Shown piece by piece: positions 1 to 8,647 of a DNA stretch of 64,000 nucleotides. The position numbers and the translations under genes are program-made. Within the stretch, counting starts at the first letter, position 1. Each line of letters opens with the position of its first letter. The notes below the pieces were generated by a model. That model saw only the letters and a program-made list of their open reading frames with translations, had not been told where the DNA came from and did no database searches. The DNA is from Spirochaetaceae bacterium (GTDB lineage: Bacteria; Spirochaetota; Spirochaetia; CADAEX01): positions 6,327 through 70,326 of the forward strand of contig WQZP01000001.1 of assembly GCA_009780675.1 (NCBI GenBank), written 5' to 3'.

Positions 1-1
1 G

Positions 2-661
2 ATCGCAGACTTCTCCAGGCGATTTGGTTTGGGCCAAAGGACAGGCATTGATATACCCGGAGAAGTACGCGGTCTTGTGCCAACTCCCGAATGGAAGCTT
101 TCTACTTTTAATATTCCATGGGTTGGGGGAGATACTCTTAACATTTCCATTGGAGAAGGATTCCTTGAAACAACTCCTTTACAGCTCGCAAATGCAATTT
201 CAATGGTTGTTAACGAAGGTGTAAATTATGTTCCGCGACTGGTTAAAGAAATAAGAGACCCTGTATCTGGTAAAGTTATTGAATCATTTGAGCCCAGGGC
301 CCTTAATAAAGCTTCTATTCGGGGGGAAACATTCAGAAGAACACAGGAAATCATGAGATACGCAGTTACACACGGAACTCCAAGAGTTGTACTTACTACC
401 AGGGCTACGCAGGTTGCGGGAAAAACAGGCACAAGCGAAGTAGGGCTTGCAGATAGATGGATATCGTGGTTTGGCGCGTATGCACCGTATCAAACAGATA
501 ATCCTGATGAGCAGGTTGTAGTGGTTGTAATGGTTGAGGCAACGAATGATTGGGAGTGGTGGGCTCCAAAAGCCTCTAATGTAATTTTTCAGGGGATATT
601 TGCAAATCAAACTTTTGAGCAAGCAGTAGCCGCCCTTAATGTCTGGTACCTTAGGCCATAA
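2..661 (+). CDS. mrdA: Penicillin-binding protein 2 (transpeptidase), C-terminal part; gene begins upstream of the window
   Basis: The frame is open from the window edge. FGLGQRTGIDIPGE and the KTG motif (VAGKTGTSEV) are typical of the PBP2 transpeptidase domain, and rodA follows immediately. Confidence 0.8.
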   Translation: MADFSRRFGLGQRTGIDIPGEVRGLVPTPEWKLSTFNIPWVGGDTLNISIGEGFLETTPLQLANAISMVVNEGVNYVPRLVKEIRDPVSGKVIESFEPRALNKASIRGETFRRTQEIMRYAVTHGTPRVVLTTRATQVAGKTGTSEVGLADRWISWFGAYAPYQTDNPDEQVVVVVMVEATNDWEWWAPKASNVIFQGIFANQTFEQAVAALNVWYLRP

Positions 662-2003
662 TCCTGGAGAGAGCAAAGTGAATGTAAAAACAAATCTGAA
701 TTTTGATTTTTTAATTCTTATAAGCGTTATCTCTCTTGTATTTATAGGGGTTTGCTTTATATATTCGAGCAACATTACTTCGGATGGAACAATCCTTTCA
801 AATGAATACACCAAGCAAATTGTTTGGGCTTTGATAGGTCTTGTTTTAATGGCAGCTATAATCATGTTTGATTATAAAACTTTTGAAACTTTTGCAATCT
901 ATATATATTTGGTGTCTATTGTTCTTCTTGTTATTACTCTGCTTTTTGGAAATGTGGTGAATGGTTCCAGAAGATGGCTGGGAATAATGGAGTTTGGAAT
1001 TCAGCCTTCGGAATTTGCGAAAATAACTACAATAATATTGCTGGGAGCATTTTATGCAAAAAACTCCAATGCTATGACAAGGATAACAACGTTACTTAAA
1101 GGGTTTTTAATAATTTTGTTTCCTGTTGTATTAATAGTTCTCCAGCCCGACATGGGTACTGCATTGGTTTATTTTCCGATTTTTCTGGTTATGAGTTTTA
1201 CTGCTGGCGCAAAAGTGCGACATGTTATGTATATTGCTTTAGTAGGAATACTTACAATGGTTTTAATAGTAATACCTGTGTGGTTTAGGCATATATATAG
1301 CGGAAGCGAAGCTGTTATTAACTTTTTTGTTGATTCCAGATTTTATTACATTATATTGATTTCCGGTCTGGCAATTATGGCCATATCGCTTTTCGCATAC
1401 TTTTTTACAAAAAAGGGATTTTACTATTATTATTTTACATATTTTTCATCAATAATTGTGATTTCAACTATAGGAGCAATTATTGGTAAGATGGTTTTGA
1501 AAAGTTACCAGATTATGAGGCTGGTTATATTTCTTGATCCTAACATAGACCCAAGAGGCGCGGGCTGGCATTTTATACAATCCATAACAGCTGTAGGGTC
1601 TGGCGGTATTTTTGGTAAAGGTTTTTTGAATGGAACCCAGAGCAATCTCAGGTTTTTGCCACAGCAGTCAACAGATTTCATTTTTTCAATAATCGCAGAA
1701 GAGATTGGTTTTATGGGATGCCTTTTGGTTTTTTTCCTGTTTCTTATAATTATTGTGCGGGGCTATATGATTGCTATAGCTGCAAAAGATTTGTTTGGAA
1801 CAAATTTAGCCAGTGGAATTTCTACAATGATCCTTTTTCATTTTATGGTTAATATTGGAATGACTATAGGGATAATGCCTATAACAGGTATACCGCTTTT
1901 TTTCATCTCTTATGGTGGGTCATCTTTGTGGACTGCCATGATAGGCGTTGCGCTGCTTATTAATGTTTACTATAGACGGTATAGGTTTTCACTGAATGCA
2001 TAG
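639..2003 (+). CDS. mrdB: SEDS-family peptidoglycan polymerase RodA/FtsW; an alternative GTG start at 678 sits behind the RBS GGAGAGAG
   Basis: About 10 TM helices. RWLGIMEFGIQPSEFAKI and DFIFSIIAEEIGFMG are SEDS hallmarks. The gene directly follows PBP2, which fits RodA rather than FtsW. Confidence 0.85.
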   Translation: MSGTLGHNPGESKVNVKTNLNFDFLILISVISLVFIGVCFIYSSNITSDGTILSNEYTKQIVWALIGLVLMAAIIMFDYKTFETFAIYIYLVSIVLLVITLLFGNVVNGSRRWLGIMEFGIQPSEFAKITTIILLGAFYAKNSNAMTRITTLLKGFLIILFPVVLIVLQPDMGTALVYFPIFLVMSFTAGAKVRHVMYIALVGILTMVLIVIPVWFRHIYSGSEAVINFFVDSRFYYIILISGLAIMAISLFAYFFTKKGFYYYYFTYFSSIIVISTIGAIIGKMVLKSYQIMRLVIFLDPNIDPRGAGWHFIQSITAVGSGGIFGKGFLNGTQSNLRFLPQQSTDFIFSIIAEEIGFMGCLLVFFLFLIIIVRGYMIAIAAKDLFGTNLASGISTMILFHFMVNIGMTIGIMPITGIPLFFISYGGSSLWTAMIGVALLINVYYRRYRFSLNA

Positions 2004-4512
2004 TGGTCTCGCGGAAAAAGATATTAGAGCTATACTAATGCAGGTGGAAAATCCCGGCCGCTATGCAGGCGGCGAATATGGAAGCCACAATAAAAATGCG
2101 CAGGCTGTGTTTAAAATAGCTATATCATATCCTGATATGTATGATATAGGGATGGCGAATAACGCTGTAAGAATACTCTATAACTTGTCGAATAGTGTTG
2201 ATAATGTTGTGTGCGAGAGGGTTTTTGCCCCTGCGCCTGATTTTGAAAAAGTCTTAAAAGAATCATCACTGCCATTGTTTACTCTTGAGAATAATATCCC
2301 GCTTTGCGATCTTGATATGCTTGGATTTACTTTTGGTTATGAACTTACTGCGACAAATTTATTAAATATTTTAGATCTTGGAAAAATTCCTGTTTATAAT
2401 TCCTGCAGGGATAAAAATCACCCTATAATTATTGCCGGAGGGCCAGGTGTTACAAATCCTGTTCCATACGGAGACTTTATAGACCTCTTTTTTATTGGAG
2501 AGGCTGAAGAAGAATTTGAAAAACTTCTTTGCAAAGCAGTTGAGCTAAAAAAAGCAGGCGCAGAAAGAGATGAAATTTTTTCAATGATGGCTAAAAGCGA
2601 GAATGTGTGGCACAAAGGGAAAAAGGAAAAAGTATGCAGGGCAGTGTATGGCAAATTCTCCGAAGAATATATAAAAAGAAAATATAACCTTGTCCCATCG
2701 GTAAAACCTGTGCAGGATAATGGTGTAGTTGAAATAATGAGGGGCTGCCCCAATGGATGCAGATTTTGCCATGCAGGTTTTTTCTATAGGCCAAAAAGGG
2801 AAAAGGATTATAAAATAATTGACAGGGAAATCGAAGAGTTGGTTTTTGAAGCTGGTCATAGGGAGATAACTTTATCTTCTTTATCTTCGGGCGATTATTC
2901 ATCTGTAGACAATATTATTAAAAAATTAAATAAAAAGTATTCAGGGCTTGGGGTTTCTTTTTCATTACCTTCGCTAAAAATTAATTCATTTACAGTATCT
3001 CTGTTGTCAGAAATAGGGGAGGTTAGAAAGAGCGGTCTTACATTTGCGGTTGAAACTCCGGACCCAGCTTCCCAAAGAGGGATCAATAAAGAAATTAATA
3101 TTGAGCAAACTATTGCAATTATTAAAGAGGCAAAACTTTTAGGGTGGAGGGTCGCAAAATTTTATTTTATGCTAGGCCTCCCTTCTGTATATAAAAATTC
3201 CAATGATGAGGAACTCTATTATCAGGAAAGCGACAATATAATTAATTTTCTTTTTAAAATTCATGGAGCAACAGGCATAGATATAAATGTAAATATAGGA
3301 ACATTTGTTCCTAAACCTCATACCCCTTATCAGTGGGCAGCGCAAATGAAAGAAGATGCAGCCATGAAGCAGATACACTATATAAGAAACAGGCTCAAAG
3401 GGAAAAATATAAAAGTTGGTTACCATTCTCCAATGATGTCATTTGTTGAAGGGGTATTTTCCCGTGGCGATGAAAGAACAGGTAAGCTCCTTTTTGATGC
3501 ATGGCAAGCAGGCGCAAAATTTGACGCGTGGGAAGAGCATTTTGATATGGCACTATGGAAAAAAGTTATAGAATCCCAAAGCTGGAATGTAGAGGAAGAG
3601 ATAGCCAGAGAAAGAGATATTGCAGAAAAATTCCCATGGTCTGGAATATCAATGAATATATCTGAAAAATATCTGCTTGATGAATATGACAATTCATGTA
3701 ATTCAAAACTTACGCCAAAATGTGAAACAGTATGCGCGCATAACTGTGGAGTGTGCGGCTGCAATGCTGGAATTGTAAACTCTGAAATAAAAGAGGAAAC
3801 AGGTGTTGAGGAAGATATTGTTTATTCGCTTGGAAAAGGCGAGGAGAGATATAGGGTAATATTTAGTTTTTTTAAAAAAGGGAAACAGATATATCTTGGG
3901 CACCTGGATATTTTAAGGCTTTTTGAAAAAGCTTTTCAGAGAAGCAGGCTTGGTGTGAGATTTACAGAGGGTTTTAATCCCAAACCTAAACTTGAGTTTG
4001 CAAATCCGCTGACTCTTGGAGTGGAATCTGAAGGGGAAATTGCATCAGTGGAAACTTACTTGGAATATGACAAGGATCAATTTGTAGGGAAATTAAATGA
4101 CGCTCTTCCCGCTGGAATCAAGATAATAGATGCTTTTTCCCATAAACTTAATTGCGGGAATAAAAAAATATCACTGATGTCTCTTTACACCGGAAGTGTG
4201 TACAGGATTTATTTTCCAAAAGATGAATGTTATAGAAGTTTGCTGGAAGAATATATATGTGGAAATTCGCTTGACGAGTCTGTAAGGCTGGAGGAACTTG
4301 AGGGTTCTGATGATTCTGCTAACGATGCTGGGGTTGCCTGGTCTGGTGTGCGGGTGAGGATTGCTGTAAAGCCGGGGAGCAAAAGTCTTTTTAAAATATT
4401 GAAAGAAGCATTGAATTTGGAAGCTCCTCTTTCAAAAGTTATTGCAATACGGGAAGAAATTTTTGCAGGAGAGGGTTTAAGGAATTATTTTTCGTTTTTT
4501 AGGAAAGCTTAG
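1996..4512 (+). CDS. Radical SAM protein (TIGR03960-like, B12-binding-like N-terminus) fused to a DUF2344 C-terminal domain
   Basis: CPNGCRFC is a Cx3Cx2C radical-SAM cluster motif. The 838-aa length and C-terminal region fit a TIGR03960 plus TIGR03936 fusion. The start overlaps the rodA stop by 8 nt. Confidence 0.75.
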   Translation: MHSGLAEKDIRAILMQVENPGRYAGGEYGSHNKNAQAVFKIAISYPDMYDIGMANNAVRILYNLSNSVDNVVCERVFAPAPDFEKVLKESSLPLFTLENNIPLCDLDMLGFTFGYELTATNLLNILDLGKIPVYNSCRDKNHPIIIAGGPGVTNPVPYGDFIDLFFIGEAEEEFEKLLCKAVELKKAGAERDEIFSMMAKSENVWHKGKKEKVCRAVYGKFSEEYIKRKYNLVPSVKPVQDNGVVEIMRGCPNGCRFCHAGFFYRPKREKDYKIIDREIEELVFEAGHREITLSSLSSGDYSSVDNIIKKLNKKYSGLGVSFSLPSLKINSFTVSLLSEIGEVRKSGLTFAVETPDPASQRGINKEINIEQTIAIIKEAKLLGWRVAKFYFMLGLPSVYKNSNDEELYYQESDNIINFLFKIHGATGIDINVNIGTFVPKPHTPYQWAAQMKEDAAMKQIHYIRNRLKGKNIKVGYHSPMMSFVEGVFSRGDERTGKLLFDAWQAGAKFDAWEEHFDMALWKKVIESQSWNVEEEIARERDIAEKFPWSGISMNISEKYLLDEYDNSCNSKLTPKCETVCAHNCGVCGCNAGIVNSEIKEETGVEEDIVYSLGKGEERYRVIFSFFKKGKQIYLGHLDILRLFEKAFQRSRLGVRFTEGFNPKPKLEFANPLTLGVESEGEIASVETYLEYDKDQFVGKLNDALPAGIKIIDAFSHKLNCGNKKISLMSLYTGSVYRIYFPKDECYRSLLEEYICGNSLDESVRLEELEGSDDSANDAGVAWSGVRVRIAVKPGSKSLFKILKEALNLEAPLSKVIAIREEIFAGEGLRNYFSFFRKA

Positions 4513-4556
4513 CTTGGGAGTTTAGTTCGGAAAAGCTTAGGTCAGGAAAGTTTAAG

Positions 4557-5366
4557 TCAAGAAAGTTTAGCTTCTTCCCATAGTTTGTCCATTATTTCAA
4601 GATTTTCATGCGTCATATTGATTCCCTTCTCTGCCATCCCTTTTTCAACTTTTTTAAAACGGTTTAAAAATTTTTCATTTGTTCTATGAAGAGCTATGGA
4701 TGAGTCGATTTTAATAAATCTTGCCATATTGATAACCGAGAAAAGAATATCTCCAAGTTCTTCTTCGATTTTATCTTTATTTATATTTTCCGCAGCAAGT
4801 TCATATTCAAGTTCATTTATTTCTTCTTTTACTTTTCCAAGCACATCTTCAACCTTATTCCAGTCAAAGCCTGCTTTGGCAGCTTTTTTTTGCAGCCTAT
4901 AAGCTCTTTCCAGCGGTGGGATACTCTTTGAGATACCATCAAGTCTTGATTTTGTTTCTTCGTTATTTTCTGGTGCATTGCTGTTGGCAGCTTCGTTTTT
5001 TTTGATTATCTCCCAGTTTGTGATAACTTCGTCCGGAGTTTTTGCAGTGGTATTGGAAAACACATGAGGATGTCTCCTTATAAGTTTTTCCGATACTCTG
5101 TCTATTACTTCTTTAAAAGTAAAAGCATTTTCTTCTTCTTTTATTCTGACAATAAAACTTACTACAAGCAGAATATCGCCAAGTTCTTCTGCTGTATGGA
5201 AGTCATCATTTTTGGATATAGCTTCTATACATTCATATACTTCTTCGAGCAGATTGGTTCTTACAGAGTTTGCTGTTTGCTCCTTGTCCCATGGGCACCC
5301 ATCTTTGCTTCTTAATTTGATTATTACATTATAAAAATTCTCAAAGGATTTTAGTAGGTCGTTCAT
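4557..5366 (-). CDS. mazG: Nucleoside triphosphate pyrophosphohydrolase MazG; the ORF extends to 5516, but an internal Met at 5366 with a GGAGAAA RBS is the likely start
   Basis: Tandem MazG motifs: EEVYECIEAI, ELGDILLVVSF, RRHPHVF, ELGDILFSV. Confidence 0.85.
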   Translation of the reverse strand: MNDLLKSFENFYNVIIKLRSKDGCPWDKEQTANSVRTNLLEEVYECIEAISKNDDFHTAEELGDILLVVSFIVRIKEEENAFTFKEVIDRVSEKLIRRHPHVFSNTTAKTPDEVITNWEIIKKNEAANSNAPENNEETKSRLDGISKSIPPLERAYRLQKKAAKAGFDWNKVEDVLGKVKEEINELEYELAAENINKDKIEEELGDILFSVINMARFIKIDSSIALHRTNEKFLNRFKKVEKGMAEKGINMTHENLEIMDKLWEEAKLS

Positions 5367-5490
5367 TTTTCCATTTCTCCGCATATAACAGGATGTGTTT
5401 TTTATAGTCTCTATTTTATAGATGATTTTTTCAAGATTAATTTTGACAAGTATTGGATAATATAATACTCTAAACGCATGAAACTTATCG

Positions 5491-5751
5491 GTGTTAAAAA
5501 TGAATAGAAGAATCATATTAATTATACTTTTTGTGTTGATTGCAGGTTATATGTTTACGCAACTTGAACCTGCTGAACTTAAAGAAAAATTCACGACGAT
5601 CCACCCTATAACTGCAATAAGTTTAGTTATTATAGTCGCCTACATAGTAGTCAGAATAAAATACAAGAAAAAGCAGACAGAAGAAGATGAAGCAGATTCC
5701 ACTAAAAGTGAATCCCCAGCAGATTCTGATAAAACGGCAGAGGATAAATAA
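5491..5751 (+). CDS. Small 2-TM membrane protein with an acidic C-terminal tail (hypothetical)
   Basis: Two hydrophobic helices followed by a TEEDEADSTKSESPADSDKTAEDK tail. Its 3' end and downstream region form the left copy of a ~160-bp direct repeat. Confidence 0.35.
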   Translation: MLKMNRRIILIILFVLIAGYMFTQLEPAELKEKFTTIHPITAISLVIIVAYIVVRIKYKKKQTEEDEADSTKSESPADSDKTAEDK

Positions 5752-5777
5752 AGCCATCTCAAATTAAAAAATGATGG
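5620..5777. repeat. Left copy of a ~160-bp imperfect direct repeat; the partner copy is at 7451-7611
   Basis: Hand alignment of ...agtcgcctacatagtagtcagaataaaatacaagaaaaagcagacagaagaag...ataaagccatctcaaattaaaaaatgatgg against ...agtcgcctaaatagatagttagaataaaatacaagaaaaaacaggcagaagaag...ataaagccatctcaaacaaaatgaaatgg gives roughly 75% identity with indels. Confidence 0.75.
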
Positions 5778-5794
5778 AGAATTTCCACCGAATT

Positions 5795-5885
5795 CAGTTA
5801 TTAAGGATTACTTAATAACTGCCGCTGATGGCAAGTAAAATGATGTTACTTATCTTTAACTTTCTATAATAGAAAGTTAAAGATA
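5795..5885. promoter_or_regulatory. Two perfect hairpins at the left insert junction: 11-bp stem cagttattaag/cttaataactg (5795-5821) and 14-bp stem tatctttaactttc/gaaagttaaagata (5851-5885)
   Basis: Exact inverted repeats read from the sequence. They lie 3' of both the small ORF (plus strand) and the Mrr-like gene (minus strand), so they could be terminators and/or recombination-site structures. Confidence 0.5.
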
Positions 5886-5976
5886 AATTTGCTTAGATAA
5901 ATAATTATAAGTAAAAAATACTGGATTGAAAAATACCGAAAAGATATTGGCGAAAATTAAGCTTTCAAAAACATTA

Positions 5977-7056
5977 TTAAAAACTTTCTGGAACAAGGGC
6001 TAATTTATTTATAGACTCATGCACTCTGACAAGGGCATCATATACTGCCAAAACATCATCCGAGTTCCATGTGCGTAAAGATTTTTCATCAATTACACCC
6101 TTGCTTTCAATAATTATTTTCTCAAGTTGAGCTTCATCAGCAACAGCAACAACAGCTTGTACTGCCGCATTGCTTTGAGCTTTTTTCAGGTTTAGAATCA
6201 GGCTGTCAATTGATCCTTTAGACTGCACTTCAAAGACGTAAATGGCTTTGCCCATGTTTCCAATTTTGGCTTCCCATACGGCATCTACAACTGCACCTGA
6301 GGCAATGTGTACTTCAGAGCGGCTTTCAAAACCTAGAAGCTCTCCGATTGATACAAGTTTTTCTTTAATTTCATCATGAAGTGATGTTAATTCTTTATTG
6401 GAAATTTTTACAGTATCAATGGTTTTTTCAGTTATTGATAGTACTTTCTTTTCTGCAGATGGCAATACCTCATCCCAAAGGAAGTAATCCACCGACAACA
6501 GATCTGCTTCTTTGATGCCACTTTTAATAAGCCGAGAGGATATTTCTTTTGCAATGCTGCATATTTCCAGATATTTTTTACCAGTATACTGATAGTTGTA
6601 CTTTGGCATCCCATCAATCTCGAGGTATGTAAAACACTGGATTGTAGTCTTATTAAGAATTACATATTCTTGTGGGTTGATATACATTAAAAGTTCGCTT
6701 ATGGTTGCAGGCCCAAAACCTTTAACATCTTTTAAGAAATTATCCCAGCGGGTTTCGATTGGATTTGTGTTAAAAAGTAATTCGGTTAATCGTTTCTTTA
6801 GATTTTCAAACCCATTATCTGCAACAATTTTATCCACTATATATTTTTTATTGCCCCAAATGAGCATTGACCAAAGCTTGCTGATATATTCATAGAAAGC
6901 CTCTACAGTCATTCCTAGAAGTTTATCTTCTGAAAAAGACTGATAATATTCTCTTCGTTCTTTTCGTTCTGCTCTCTGCTCGGAATAATATGTGGGATTA
7001 GTTTCTTGTTTATTTTTATAGTTTTGTATTGCTGTTTGTAATTTTATATCATGCAT
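5977..7056 (-). CDS. Uncharacterized protein with an N-terminal HhH(-GPD-like) DNA-binding module and a C-terminal Mrr-type (PD-(D/E)xK) restriction endonuclease-like domain; candidate modification-dependent nuclease
   Basis: N-terminus: LKDVKGFGPATISELLMYINPQEYVILNKTTIQ resembles the HhH-GPD helix-hairpin-helix (G-h-G..tA..iL), but the usual Asp position holds Asn. C-terminus: VVDAVWEAK...AIYVFEVQSKGS matches the Mrr_cat pattern D...(I/V)xVQxK. A GGAG lies 10 nt upstream of the ATG. Confidence 0.6.
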   Translation of the reverse strand: MHDIKLQTAIQNYKNKQETNPTYYSEQRAERKERREYYQSFSEDKLLGMTVEAFYEYISKLWSMLIWGNKKYIVDKIVADNGFENLKKRLTELLFNTNPIETRWDNFLKDVKGFGPATISELLMYINPQEYVILNKTTIQCFTYLEIDGMPKYNYQYTGKKYLEICSIAKEISSRLIKSGIKEADLLSVDYFLWDEVLPSAEKKVLSITEKTIDTVKISNKELTSLHDEIKEKLVSIGELLGFESRSEVHIASGAVVDAVWEAKIGNMGKAIYVFEVQSKGSIDSLILNLKKAQSNAAVQAVVAVADEAQLEKIIIESKGVIDEKSLRTWNSDDVLAVYDALVRVHESINKLALVPESF

Positions 7057-7227
7057 TAGTCCTAATCTCCATCGACATTCAGAATTATAATTAGAAGGAT
7101 ACTAACTTCTTAGAAAAATAACAATCGCAGATTACAACAGGATTAATTGTCTGTTGTTATTAAATACAGGAGGGCATACTGTCAAATTCAACGCTTAGAG
7201 GAAGAGAGAGTTTTTATTTTTTAAAGA

Positions 7228-7409
7228 TCAGCTCCAATCGATGTCTTCGTGTCTGGTGTATTTGCCTTGCTTAAGCGCTTCCCTGCCTGCATGAATAGCT
7301 TCTACTTCATACTCCGCACCTAATAGTTTTTGGAATCGCTGATAGACATCTTCATCAAAGCAGGAAATTTGCCATACGTATTCCAAGAAGTCTACACGCT
7401 AGTCTTGCT
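7228..7409 (-). pseudogene. Open frame without an ATG start (possible TTG at 7396), encoding (L)EYVWQISCFDEDVYQRFQKLLGAEYEVEAIHAGREALKQGKYTRHEDIDWS; likely a gene remnant inside the inserted segment
   Basis: Manual translation of the minus strand. The frame is bounded by a stop at about 7410 and TGA at 7228. There is no Met, and the ORF is too short for the supplied ORF track. Confidence 0.3.
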
Positions 7410-7450
7410 ATGGAAGCTAAAAAAGATGGCGTATTTCTTAACCAATATGC

Positions 7451-7611
7451 GCTTTATCAATTAAGTAGTCGCCTAAATAGATAGTTAGAATAAAATACAA
7501 GAAAAAACAGGCAGAAGAAGCTGAGGCAAAATCCGCTAAAATGAATCATCAGCAGATCCCGATAACCCATCTCCCCCAAAAAAATAAAGCCATCTCAAAC
7601 AAAATGAAATG
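7451..7611. repeat. Right copy of the ~160-bp direct repeat; a decayed duplicate of the 3' end and downstream region of the 5491-5751 ORF
   Basis: Aligns to 5620-5777. Its coding frame is interrupted by stops. It ends about 13 nt before the 3' end of tRNA-fMet. Confidence 0.75.
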
Positions 7612-7624
7612 GCTTGTTTTGTGT

Positions 7625-7697
7625 TAGCAGGGGCAGGAGTTGAACCTGCGACCTCCGGGTTATGAGCCCGACGAGCTGCCAGCTGCTCTACCCTGCG
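7625..7697 (-). tRNA. tRNA-Met (CAU), initiator-like
   Basis: The reverse complement CGCAGGGTAGAGCAGCTGGCAGCTCGTCGGGCTCATAACCCGGAGGTCGCAGGTTCAACTCCTGCCCCTGCTA folds as a cloverleaf with anticodon CAT. Three consecutive G-C pairs close the anticodon stem, and position 1-72 is mismatched (C1/U72), both initiator hallmarks. It is close to E. coli tRNA-fMet, and CCA is not encoded. Confidence 0.85.
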
Positions 7698-7831
7698 GCA
7701 TCTGAGTCATTAATATACGGATATTAAGTAGTTGTGTCAATAAGATAAAGGCTATTTTTATAACTATTACAAAGATTTAGCTGTTTTCATAAAAATATTC
7801 TATAAAAGAGAATCTTTTATAGCAGCATAGG

Positions 7832-8551
7832 TCAATTTGTATCTGTTTTCTCGGTTGTATCAGCATTTTGAGAAAGTTTATATAACCTATATCCTGCCAA
7901 TAAAAGCAAAGGTATTGCCAGGAAAGAAATAAAAGCTTTTAAAGAAATCAAAAAATTATACAGGCCATGAATTAAAAATGCTTCTCCAAAACCCCGTACA
8001 TTGCTAAATTTTTTGGAATGAATAATTTTTACAGAGAAATATCCGATGATCCCTGCTGTTATTATATGAAGCGGTATGGCGCTGAATAGTCTAAACATCA
8101 CAACAAATGAGGCATCAAGACTATACATGATATTTTCAAGACATGCAAAGCCAGTTCCCACAGCTACGGCTGTAGCAATCCCATCTCTCAAGTTGTTTAT
8201 TTTTCTAATAAAAAACAAGATTTGTATTACCAAAAATTTTGTTGCTTCTTCTACAAGAGAAGCTATAAAAAATGCATCAATAAAAGTTTTAAATAAACCA
8301 GTTGCAGCCCCGGTTTTGATTGACAGCAGGTATATAATAAAAATAGCAGGATAAACTGCGCAGAGTCCGGTTATCATTGATATTAATATTTCTTCTACTT
8401 TTAGATTACTTTTGCGAAAAAGAATTATAAAAATAAGAATTCCAAATAAAACTGAAAGCAGAACATTGATAAATAAATTTCCCATAATTAATTTAAACCA
8501 GATTGTATAATATGCTTCATATAAAGTCGATACCTGAAAAAATATTACCAA
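7832..8551 (-). CDS. prsW: PrsW-family intramembrane glutamic protease (the ORF begins at TTG 8551; an ATG at 8485 is an alternative start)
   Basis: Polytopic membrane protein carrying the PrsW motifs EEATK (EExxK), FACLEN and a downstream HGLYNF (HxxxN). Confidence 0.55.
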   Translation of the reverse strand: MVIFFQVSTLYEAYYTIWFKLIMGNLFINVLLSVLFGILIFIILFRKSNLKVEEILISMITGLCAVYPAIFIIYLLSIKTGAATGLFKTFIDAFFIASLVEEATKFLVIQILFFIRKINNLRDGIATAVAVGTGFACLENIMYSLDASFVVMFRLFSAIPLHIITAGIIGYFSVKIIHSKKFSNVRGFGEAFLIHGLYNFLISLKAFISFLAIPLLLLAGYRLYKLSQNADTTEKTDTN

Positions 8552-8647
8552 GAAAATAAATTTGACTACTGCTTTTTAATTTTTTATCTTTTATTATGAA
8601 GAATATTACAAAAGATAGTAAAAAATATAATAAGTACAGAGGGAATT

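Noticed and set aside
5620-7700. Classical tRNA-integrated prophage or integrative element
   Set aside because: There is no integrase, recombinase or other phage gene. The direct repeats do not include the tRNA 3' end as an attL/attR pair would. I report it only as an insertion islet.
8076-8354. 92-aa plus-strand ORF inside the prsW region
   Set aside because: It lies fully within and antisense to a well-supported membrane-protein CDS. It is a shadow ORF.
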